Below, piece after piece: positions 1 through 6,926 of a DNA stretch of 19,958 bases; the stretch's first letter is position 1; each line of letters opens with the position of its first letter. This DNA is from an uncultured Planctomycetota bacterium (lineage in GTDB: Bacteria > Planctomycetota > Phycisphaerae > UBA1845 > Fen-1342), in NCBI GenBank assembly GCA_900696535.1, contig CAADGM010000233.1:1-19958 (forward strand), read 5' to 3'. Position numbers and translations under genes: made by a program. Under the pieces are notes generated by a model. It saw only the letters and a list, made by a program, of their open reading frames with translations, did no database searches and had not been told where the DNA came from.

Positions 1-22
1 CGTCTCCGCGTGAGCCGCGCTC

Positions 23-1498
23 TCAGGGCGCCATGCACTTCGTCTGCACGTCGCACGTCGGCTTCTCCGGCAGCGGCGGCAGGCCGTGCTTCGTGCGGAC
101 GTACTTGTCGATGGACACGGCGGCTTTCTTGCCGTCACCCATCGCGAGGATGACCGTGGCCGAGCCGCGGGCGATGTCGCCGCCGGCGTAGACGCCGGGC
201 TTGCTCGTCGCGCCGTGCTCGTCGACCACGATGTAGCCCCACTTGTTGAGCGCGATATCGGGCGTGGCCTGCGTCAGCAGCGGGTTGGCGCGCGTGCCGA
301 TCGCCATGATGACCAGCTCGCAGTCGATGACGAACTCGCTGCCCTTGACCGGCACGGGCTTGCGGCGGCCGCTGTCGTCGGGCTCGCCGAGCTCCATCCG
401 CAGACACTCGACGCCGCGAACCCACCCGTCCTGGTCCGCCAGGATGCGGACCGGGTTGGTGAGCATGCGGAAGTCGATGCCCTCTTCCTCCGCGTGGTGC
501 ACTTCCTCGACCCGGGCGGGCATCTCCTCGCGGCTGCGGCGATAGACCAGGATCGCATCCTTGGCGCCGAGCCGCTTGGCGGTGCGGACGGCGTCCATGG
601 CCACGTTGCCGCCGCCGACGACCACGACCGGGTCGCCACGGATGATCGGCGTGTCGAACTGCGGGAACTCGTAGGCCCGCATGAGGTTCGTGCGGGTGAG
701 ATACTCGTTGGCGCTGTAGACGCCCTTGAGATTCTCACCCGGGATGTTCATGAACATGGGCAGGCCGGCGCCGTTGGCGATGAAGACGGCCGAGTAGCCC
801 TCCTCGCCGAGCAGCTCATCGATCGTGAACGTGCGTCCGATGACCACGTTGCAGACGATCTTGACGCCCATCTGCCGGAGGCGGGCGACCTCGGCATCGA
901 TGATCTTGTTGGGCAGGCGGAACTCGGGGATGCCGTAGGTCAGGACGCCGCCGGGCTGGTGCAGAGCCTCGAAGACGGTGACGTTGTGGCCCTTCTTGGC
1001 CAGTTCGCCGGCGCAGGTGAGGCCCGCCGGGCCGCTGCCGACGACGGCGACCTTGATCCCGGTCGGTTCGGCCAGCAGCGTCTTGAGGTCGAGGTTCTCG
1101 CGGGCCCAGTCGGCGACGAAGCGCTCCAGGTGGCCGACGGCGACGGGCTTGCCGTTCTTGCCCTTGGCCCGCACGCAGACCTGCTCGCACTGCTCCTCCT
1201 GCGGACAGACGCGGCCGGTGATGCCGGGCAGCGCGTTGGCGCCCAGCAGCAGCTCGGCAGCCCCGCGCAGGTCGCCCTTGGAGACGCAGTCGAGGAACCC
1301 GGGAATGTCGATGCCGACGGGGCAGCCGTAGACGCACTTCCCGTCCTTGCATTGCAGGCAGCGGTCGGCCTCGATCTTGGCCAGAGACTCGGAGAAGCCC
1401 AGGTTGACCTCGCGGAAGTCCCGGTTCCGTTCGTCCGGGGCCCGCTCGGGCATGCGCTGACGGTCGATCGCGAGACGCTCTTTCGGGGTCAATGACAT
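23..1498 (-). CDS. nfnB: NADPH-dependent oxidoreductase large subunit, GltD-like (NfnB / SudA family: glutamate synthase small-chain-like, two [4Fe-4S]-type Cys clusters plus FAD and NAD(P) Rossmann motifs)
   Basis: 491-aa ORF. N-terminus has Cys-rich motifs CLQCKDGKCVYGCP and CPQEEQCEQVC typical of GltD-like ferredoxin domains. Two dinucleotide-binding glycine motifs are present, VAVVGSGPAGL and VVVVGGGNVAMD. Lies directly downstream of a PyrK-like FAD subunit gene on the same strand. The N-terminus MSLTPKERL is at the first ATG. Confidence 0.85.
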   Translation of the reverse strand: MSLTPKERLAIDRQRMPERAPDERNRDFREVNLGFSESLAKIEADRCLQCKDGKCVYGCPVGIDIPGFLDCVSKGDLRGAAELLLGANALPGITGRVCPQEEQCEQVCVRAKGKNGKPVAVGHLERFVADWARENLDLKTLLAEPTGIKVAVVGSGPAGLTCAGELAKKGHNVTVFEALHQPGGVLTYGIPEFRLPNKIIDAEVARLRQMGVKIVCNVVIGRTFTIDELLGEEGYSAVFIANGAGLPMFMNIPGENLKGVYSANEYLTRTNLMRAYEFPQFDTPIIRGDPVVVVGGGNVAMDAVRTAKRLGAKDAILVYRRSREEMPARVEEVHHAEEEGIDFRMLTNPVRILADQDGWVRGVECLRMELGEPDDSGRRKPVPVKGSEFVIDCELVIMAIGTRANPLLTQATPDIALNKWGYIVVDEHGATSKPGVYAGGDIARGSATVILAMGDGKKAAVSIDKYVRTKHGLPPLPEKPTCDVQTKCMAP

Positions 1499-1559
1499 CG
1501 ATGGGCCTCGTCAAGCGCGGAACCCCGCGCAAGTGCTCCAGTCATTCGGGTTACGGTGC

Positions 1560-1674
1560 TAAGGTGAGAACGTGGGAAGGTGACAAGGACGCGCGTCGTC
1601 TGGTTGTCCCCGAGATTCGGGTCGCGCTCCCTTTTCACCTTCTCACCTTATCACGTTATCACATGGTCACGTTG
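1560..1674 (-). promoter_or_regulatory. Structured, repeat-rich intergenic spacer (about 190 nt) between nfnA stop and nfnB start. Contains a long imperfect inverted repeat (arms 1560-1588 and 1630-1650), nested palindromes gacgcgcgtc (1588-1597) and cccgagattcggg (1608-1621), and five 8-bp-periodic TCACNTNN units (1635-1674).
   Basis: Read directly from the sequence. taaggtgagaa...aaggtgacaagg pairs with ccttttcaccttctcacctta. The units tcaccttc / tcacctta / tcacgtta / tcacatgg / tcacgttg start every 8 bp. On the mRNA strand these read as SD-like AAGGUGA repeats facing anti-SD-like UCACCUU repeats. Confidence 0.5.
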
Positions 1675-1689
1675 CGGCAGCTCTGGCGT

Positions 1690-2604
1690 TCACTTCGCGC
1701 CCGCGAGCCGGCACTCGTGCTCGGCGCGCTCCAGCGACGCGCGCTCCTCTTCCCGGTACGCGCTGAGCCGGTCCCACAGCTCGGCGTAGTCCACCTGGTG
1801 CCCGTCGAACTCCGGGCCGTCGACGCACGCGAACAGCGTCTTGCCGCCCACAGTCACCCGGCAACCGCCGCACATGCCCGTGCCGTCGACCATGATCGGA
1901 TTGAGCGAGACGATGGTCGGGATGTTAAACGGCCGCGTCAGGTCGCAGATGGCGCGCATCATCGGCACCGGGCCGGCGCAGTAAACCACGCCGATAGGAC
2001 GATCTCCAGCCGCCCTTCCCATATGGTCTGGGCTCTGCACGTCCCCTGCGTGCCTTCGTGCCTCCGTGCCTCCGTGCCTGATCAATTCAGCAAGCTTGTC
2101 GGCCACCGTTCCCTTGAACCCGTAGCTGCCGTCGTCGGTCGTGGCGTAGACGACGTCGCTGACGGCGCGGAGCTCGGCTTCGAGCACGACCAGGTCGCGC
2201 GACCGGCCGCCCGTAATTGACGTCACGAACGTTCCGGCCTGCTTGAGCGCCTTGGCCAGCGGATAAATGACCGCGGTCCCGACGCCGCCTCCGACCAGCA
2301 CGGCATGCTCGACCGTATGCAGCTCGGTCGGCTTGCCGAGCGGGCCCATGACGTCGAGGATGCTGTCGCCGGCGTTCTTGCAGAACAGCGCGCGGGTCGT
2401 CTTGCCGATGGCCTTGACGATGAGCTCGATCGTGCCCGCGCGCGGATCGGCGTCGGCCATGGTCAGGGGGATCCGCTCGCCGGTCTCGTCCAGGCGAATG
2501 ATCACGAACTGCCCGGGCTGGCGATGCCGTGCGACCAGCGGCGCGTCGATCTTGAACCACTTGACATCGGAAGCGAGCGGGCGGGCGTCGAGGATCTTGA
2601 ACAT
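1690..2604 (-). CDS. nfnA: Ferredoxin-NADP+ reductase-like small subunit, PyrK / SudB / NfnA family (FAD, NAD and [2Fe-2S] electron-transfer subunit)
   Basis: 304-aa ORF with an N-terminal FAD-binding barrel (FKILDARPL...GQFVIIRL), an NAD-binding motif LVGGGVGTA, and a C-terminal Cys cluster CGGCRV...CVDGPEF typical of the PyrK-type 2Fe-2S site. Lies upstream of the GltD-like gene. Contains an extra segment of roughly 25 aa relative to the family core, coinciding with an 8-mer tandem DNA repeat. Confidence 0.8.
   Translation of the reverse strand: MFKILDARPLASDVKWFKIDAPLVARHRQPGQFVIIRLDETGERIPLTMADADPRAGTIELIVKAIGKTTRALFCKNAGDSILDVMGPLGKPTELHTVEHAVLVGGGVGTAVIYPLAKALKQAGTFVTSITGGRSRDLVVLEAELRAVSDVVYATTDDGSYGFKGTVADKLAELIRHGGTEARRHAGDVQSPDHMGRAAGDRPIGVVYCAGPVPMMRAICDLTRPFNIPTIVSLNPIMVDGTGMCGGCRVTVGGKTLFACVDGPEFDGHQVDYAELWDRLSAYREEERASLERAEHECRLAGAK
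2049..2080. repeat. Four tandem copies of the 8-mer CGTGCCTN (cgtgcctt cgtgcctc cgtgcctc cgtgcctg) inside the nfnA coding sequence
   Basis: Direct reading of 2049-2080. Encodes the repetitive peptide RHGGTEARRHAG on the minus strand, within an apparent insertion between the FAD and NAD modules. Confidence 0.7.
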
Positions 2605-2740
2605 GCCGGTCCTCAGGGGGCCACGATCTTGGCGATTTCGATCCGGATATCATGTCAAATCCTGTCGCCTTTCGCAAGGCAGCGTGTAACTCGCCCGCAG
2701 ACAACGAGCTAGGGCCGGGGTTCCACGAATTGCCCGCGGT

Positions 2741-2746
2741 TATAAG
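2741..2746 (+). promoter_or_regulatory. Candidate -10 hexamer TATAAG in the divergent nfnA / nfeD intergenic region. The flanking palindrome gtgagcccacggtacgctcac (2757-2777) and direct repeat ggcagcgtgt(g)aac (about 2678 and 2779) are possible operator sites.
   Basis: Sequence inspection only. The hexamer sits about 90 nt upstream of the nfeD ATG. A TTGACA -35-like hexamer on the minus strand (2654-2659) faces nfnA. Confidence 0.25.
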
Positions 2747-2834
2747 TGCGGCTAGGGTGAGCCCACGGTACGCTCACGGCAGCGTGTGAACACGGGCACC
2801 CGGCCGTCGCCGGACGCGGGCAAGGAGAGTCGCC

Positions 2835-3593
2835 ATGCCTTGGCTCGAATGGCAATTCCTGCTCTTCCTCGTGCCCATCGCGCTGGGCGTGCTCTACGTC
2901 CTGCTTATGCTCATGGGCGGCGTGGGCGCGGGCCACGGCGACGCCGATGGTGGCGACGCGGACGCTGCCGCCGGCGAGGTCGCGACGGTCGACGCCGACG
3001 CCGGGGTCGATTTGCACGCGGACGTCGGACACTTCGACCTGCACGACGCTGCTCATCCCGAAGCGGCTGGCGAGCACACGCATACCGCCGGCGCGGGCGG
3101 ATTCGTATCTGTCGCCGCCGGCTTCCTCGGCTTCGGGCGGGTGCCGCTCTCGATCCTGATCATGTGCTACTGCTTCGTGTGGGGACTGGTCGGGATGGCG
3201 ACGCTGACGCTGGCCGGTCCGGCCCGGGTGTCGCTGGCGATCGCGCTGGCGCTGGCCGCCAGCATCCTGGCCACGCGGCAGATCGCCCTGCTGCTGTCGC
3301 GCATCCTGCCGTCGTACGAGTCCTACTACACGCCGCCACGCTCGCTGCTCGGCCTGCACGGCCAGGTGCTCTACGAGGTGACGGCGAGCTCGGGCGTGGT
3401 GCGTCTGCGGGACGAGCGTCAGAATCTGCGGGACATGCCGGCGCGGGTGTTTCCGGGGCACGCGCCGATCCGCGCGGGGCAGCGGGTCGCGCTGCTTCGC
3501 TACGATGCCGCCGCCCGGACGTTTCTGGTTGCGCCGGTCGGGGCGGAGCCGGGGCCGTTCGCATCGGTTGGGGAGGTTCGGTCCAGTGAGTGA
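2835..3593 (+). CDS. NfeD-like (YqiJ / DUF1449-type) inner-membrane protein: N-terminal TM helix, Asp/His-rich acidic segment, multi-TM core, C-terminal OB-fold beta-domain
   Basis: 252-aa ORF preceded by the RBS aaggagag (2820-2827). Hydrophobic N-terminus FLLFLVPIALGVLYVLLMLMGG, then GHGDADGGDADAAAGE...DLHADVGHFDLHDAAHPEAAGEHTHT, then several hydrophobic helices. C-terminal motif GQVLYEVTASSGVVRLRDE...GQRVALLRY is typical of the NfeD OB-fold. Immediately upstream of a flotillin gene, matching the yqiJ-yqiK arrangement. Confidence 0.6.
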   Translation: MPWLEWQFLLFLVPIALGVLYVLLMLMGGVGAGHGDADGGDADAAAGEVATVDADAGVDLHADVGHFDLHDAAHPEAAGEHTHTAGAGGFVSVAAGFLGFGRVPLSILIMCYCFVWGLVGMATLTLAGPARVSLAIALALAASILATRQIALLLSRILPSYESYYTPPRSLLGLHGQVLYEVTASSGVVRLRDERQNLRDMPARVFPGHAPIRAGQRVALLRYDAAARTFLVAPVGAEPGPFASVGEVRSSE

Positions 3594-3624
3594 GAGAGCC
3601 ACCTTCAGCGAAAGGGTTAGCGCC

Positions 3625-5490
3625 ATGGATCGCTCGCGTTCGTCGTTCTCGATGTTCCTGGTGGTCGGTGCGCTGCTCGGCCTGCTGCTGACGTTCGGCC
3701 CGTTCTTCATTGAGCAGCTTACAGACCGGTCGCGGCTGGTGCTGATGGGCTTCGGCATCCTGGTGCTGTTGTTCTTCGGGATCATCGGGGTCATCACGCG
3801 GCTGTACCGCAAGGCCTCGGCCGACGAGGCCTTCGTGCTGACGGGCATGGGCGGGCGGCGGTGCGTGATCGACGGCGGCGCGATCGTCATCCCGGTCGTG
3901 CACGAGGTCATCCCCGTCTCGCTCAAGACGTTCAAGCTGGACGTCGACCGCACGGGCCCGGAGGCGCTGATCACGGCCGACTTCCTGCGGGCCGACGTGA
4001 AGGCCGTCTTCTACGTGCGCGTCAACAAGGAGCCCGAGGACATCATCCAGGCCGCCACGTCACTGGGCATGAACTCGGGCAACCAGCAGGCGGTTCAGCA
4101 GCTCATCTTCGAGAAGCTCGTCTCGGCGCTGCGCACGGTGGCGGCGACGCAGAAGCTCTACGACCTGAACGCCAAGCGGGCCGAATTCGCCGAGGCCGTG
4201 CAGAAGATCGTCGAGCAGGATCTCAAGCCCAACGGCCTGACGCTGGAGTCGGTGACCATCTCGTCGCTCGACCAGGCCCCGCTGGTGGCCATGCGGCCCG
4301 AGGAGAACGTGTTCGACGCCCAGGGCGCCCGCACGATCGCCGAGCAGGTCCAGGCGCAGCGCGTGATCCGCAACCAGATCGAGCGCGAGGCCGACCAGCG
4401 GGTCAAGGAGCAGAACGTCAAGACGTCGCAGTACGTGGCCCAGCAGGAGGTGCTTGAGGCCCGCGCCAAGGCCGAGGCCGAGGCCGCCAAGAACATCGCC
4501 CAGTCCGAGTCGCAGCAGAAGGCCCAGACGGTCGCGGCCGAGCAGAGCAAGCTGGCCGGCATCGCCCGCGTGGAGGCTGACCGCGAGGTCAAGCTCGCGA
4601 CCGTCGAGCAGACCAAGGCCGTTGAGGTGGCCAACCAGCAGCGCGAGCAGGCCGAGCAGATCGCAGCCGTTGCGCGCGAGCGCGCGGTCGAGCTCGCGCG
4701 TCGCGAGCAGCAGATCGCCGTGGCCGAGGCGGAGAAGAAGCGTGCCGCGGCCGAGGCGGCCCGCCTGGAGACCGAGCAGCAGCGCAAGGCGGCCGAGCAG
4801 GCGGTGCTGACGGTCGAGGTGCGGGCGACGGCCGAGCGCGACAAGGACAAGACGGTCATCGCCAAGCAGGCCCAGGTGGAGCAGAGCCGGATCGAGCAGC
4901 AGATGCATGCCGACGTGGCCGCCTACGCCGAGGTGAAGAAGGCCGAGGCCGAGCAGACCGCGGCCCAGAAGCAGGCAGCGGCGCGGATCACGCTGGCCGA
5001 GGCGACCAAGCAGGCCCGCGAGCTGGAGGCCGAGGCCGAGCAGGCGGTGCAGATGGTCCCGGTGACCGTCGCCCAGGAGCAGGTGAAGGTGCAGGACGCG
5101 CAGGTCTCGGTGAAGATCCGCGACCTGGAGGGCCAGGCCCGCTTCGAGAAGATCGCCCGCGAGCTCCAGGTCGAGCTGGCCAAGATCGCGGCCGACAAGG
5201 AGGCCCGCATCGCGGCCGCCCAGGCGTTCGGTCAGGCGCTGGCCAACGCGAACATCCAGCTCTGGGGCGACCCGGCGACGTTCGAGAAGATGTCCAGTGC
5301 GTTCTACCGCGGCCAGGCCTGGGGCACGCTGATCGACGGCCTGGATCGGGCCACCCCTGGCCCCATTCGCGACGCCGCCGTGGCCGCCGCTGACGCCGTC
5401 GGCAGCACGCTCGGCGCCGTGGCCAAGCGCGTGGCGGGCGACAACCCGGAACAGCCCAAGAAGCCCGGCGGCGACGGCGGGAAGGCGTAG
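3625..5490 (+). CDS. Flotillin-family protein (SPFH / band-7 domain plus long Glu/Ala/Gln-rich coiled coil; YqiK / FloT-like)
   Basis: The ORF is open from 3505, but the likely start is ATG 3625 (MDRSRSSF...), 31 nt after the NfeD stop and preceded by gaaaggg. There is an N-terminal membrane hairpin (FLVVGALLGLLLTFGPFF, MGFGILVLLFFGIIGVI) and an SPFH core (EAFVLTGMGGRRCVIDGGAIVIPVVHEV...). A roughly 300-aa segment of EA-repeat coiled coil follows (AEAEAAKNIAQSESQQKAQ...), then a flotillin C-terminal tail. Confidence 0.85.
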   Translation: MDRSRSSFSMFLVVGALLGLLLTFGPFFIEQLTDRSRLVLMGFGILVLLFFGIIGVITRLYRKASADEAFVLTGMGGRRCVIDGGAIVIPVVHEVIPVSLKTFKLDVDRTGPEALITADFLRADVKAVFYVRVNKEPEDIIQAATSLGMNSGNQQAVQQLIFEKLVSALRTVAATQKLYDLNAKRAEFAEAVQKIVEQDLKPNGLTLESVTISSLDQAPLVAMRPEENVFDAQGARTIAEQVQAQRVIRNQIEREADQRVKEQNVKTSQYVAQQEVLEARAKAEAEAAKNIAQSESQQKAQTVAAEQSKLAGIARVEADREVKLATVEQTKAVEVANQQREQAEQIAAVARERAVELARREQQIAVAEAEKKRAAAEAARLETEQQRKAAEQAVLTVEVRATAERDKDKTVIAKQAQVEQSRIEQQMHADVAAYAEVKKAEAEQTAAQKQAAARITLAEATKQARELEAEAEQAVQMVPVTVAQEQVKVQDAQVSVKIRDLEGQARFEKIARELQVELAKIAADKEARIAAAQAFGQALANANIQLWGDPATFEKMSSAFYRGQAWGTLIDGLDRATPGPIRDAAVAAADAVGSTLGAVAKRVAGDNPEQPKKPGGDGGKA

Positions 5491-5502
5491 CGGGGCATCG
5501 CG

Positions 5503-5526
5503 GCCAGCCGCCGCGCGCGAGCTGGC
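5503..5526. terminator. GC-rich hairpin (gccagc - 12 nt loop - gctggc) between the convergent flotillin and phosphatase genes. Possible bidirectional terminator, with no U-tract.
   Basis: Inverted repeat read from the sequence. Sits in the 43-bp gap between two convergent stop codons. Confidence 0.2.
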
Positions 5527-5533
5527 TCCAGCG

Positions 5534-6778
5534 TCACACGGTGCGGCGAATCAGCACGGCGGTCAGGTCGTCGTGCTGCGGCGCCGAGCCGCGGAACTCG
5601 GATGTCGCGGCATCGAGCCGCTCGATGAGCCTGGCCAGTGGCTCACCGGCGTGCTGAGCGAGGAGTTCGATGACCCGCGGCTCGCCGAATTGCTCGCCGT
5701 CGTCGCGGCTGGTCTCGAAGAACCCGTCGGTGAGCAGGACCGCCATGTCCCCGGGCTCGAAGGCGAATTGCTCGGGCGTCCAGGTGGCGTCGTCCAGCAC
5801 CGCCAGCGGAAGCCCGCTGGAGCCCTCCATCCGCGCCGCGCCGCGCGAGATGAAGATGAGCGGCCCCTGGCCGGCCGAGATGTAGCTCAAGCGGTGCTGC
5901 GACGGGTCGAGCACGCCCACGAAGGCCGTCACGAACCGGTCGGCGCTGATGTCCTGGATGAGCAGGTTGTTGACGCGCAGGGCGATGGTCCCGAGCTCGC
6001 TGGTCATCGAGAGCATGGCCCGGGCCATGGATCGGCACTGCGCAATGACCAGCGCCGCCCCGATTCCGTGCCCGGTCGCGTCGGCCAGGATCACCGCCGT
6101 TCGCCCACCGTCCAGCGGCTGGAAGTCGTAGGTGTCGCCGCCGGTCTCGTCGGCGGGGCGATTCCAGCCGGCGATCTCGTAGCCCGGAATCTGCGGGCAG
6201 GTCTTGGGCAGCGTGTCGAGCTGAATCTTGCGGGCCAGCTCGAGGTCGCGGGCCATGCGCTGCTTGACGACCTGCTCCTCGAGCAGGAACTGGCGGTGCA
6301 GGGCCACGCCCGCCTGGGCCGCCAGCACGCGGGCCAGCTCGGCCTGCTCCTCGGTGAACGGCCCGTCCGCGTGGTTGAGCGCCTGGAGCACGCCCATCAG
6401 CTCGCCCGCGAGGTTCTCCAGCGGAAACGTCAGCAGGTTGCGCGTGCGGAAGCCCGTTCGGCGATCCACGTCCGGGTTGAACCGTGCGTCGGCGTAGGCA
6501 TCGGGCACGTTGATCACGGCGCGCTGCGAAGCCGCCGCCCCCGCGATCCCGCGATCCGCCGAGAAGCGGATGCCCTCGACGCCCGTGGCCACCACGCTGT
6601 ACAGCTCGTGCGTCCTGCGGTCATAGAGGAATATCGTCGCCCGCTCGCAGCCCAGCACGTCGCACGCGGCGTCGACGATCACGCCCAGCAGCTTCGTCAG
6701 GTCGGTGATCGCGGCCATCTGGCGCGTCACGTCGAGCAGCCGCTGGAGGTTGCGCGTCTGGCGGGCCGTGTCGGACAT
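5534..6778 (-). CDS. GAF-domain sensor fused to a PP2C-type (SpoIIE / RsbU-like) serine/threonine phosphatase
   Basis: N-terminal GAF-like region (LLDVTRQMAAITDLTKLLGVIVDAACDVLGCERATIFLYD...) and a C-terminal PP2C/SpoIIE core with GGDTYDF, ILADATGHG, FVTAF, VLLTDGF and the final DDLTAVLIRR motifs. The ORF extends to 6838, but MSDTARQ at 6778 is the more plausible start. Confidence 0.75.
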   Translation of the reverse strand: MSDTARQTRNLQRLLDVTRQMAAITDLTKLLGVIVDAACDVLGCERATIFLYDRRTHELYSVVATGVEGIRFSADRGIAGAAASQRAVINVPDAYADARFNPDVDRRTGFRTRNLLTFPLENLAGELMGVLQALNHADGPFTEEQAELARVLAAQAGVALHRQFLLEEQVVKQRMARDLELARKIQLDTLPKTCPQIPGYEIAGWNRPADETGGDTYDFQPLDGGRTAVILADATGHGIGAALVIAQCRSMARAMLSMTSELGTIALRVNNLLIQDISADRFVTAFVGVLDPSQHRLSYISAGQGPLIFISRGAARMEGSSGLPLAVLDDATWTPEQFAFEPGDMAVLLTDGFFETSRDDGEQFGEPRVIELLAQHAGEPLARLIERLDAATSEFRGSAPQHDDLTAVLIRRTV

Positions 6779-6926
6779 GGTTGCGGCTAAGCCGTCCGCT
6801 GGGAGGCTGTGGCACCGACTTCCAACCGGTGCGAGCACCGCTCGGCAAGCGGTGTCACCGACAGCCGGTGCGGACTGATAAGAGTACGTTGGGACCGTGC
6901 GGCCGGCAACAATCGCCCGCGGTGCC

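Noticed and set aside
1499-1689. tRNA or small RNA gene in the AT-richer nfnA-nfnB spacer.
   Set aside because: No cloverleaf-compatible arms or T-loop-like GTTCRANYC motif are present. The repeats are better described as a structured spacer.
2049-2080. CRISPR-like or other array at the CGTGCCTN repeat.
   Set aside because: The units are 8 bp with no spacers and lie inside a coding sequence. This is a simple tandem repeat, not a CRISPR array.
2652-2790. Small ORF MSNPVAFRKAACNSPADNELGPGFHELPAVISAARVSPRYAHGSV in the nfnA/nfeD intergenic region.
   Set aside because: No Shine-Dalgarno and an unremarkable composition. It overlaps the predicted divergent promoters and is most likely non-coding.
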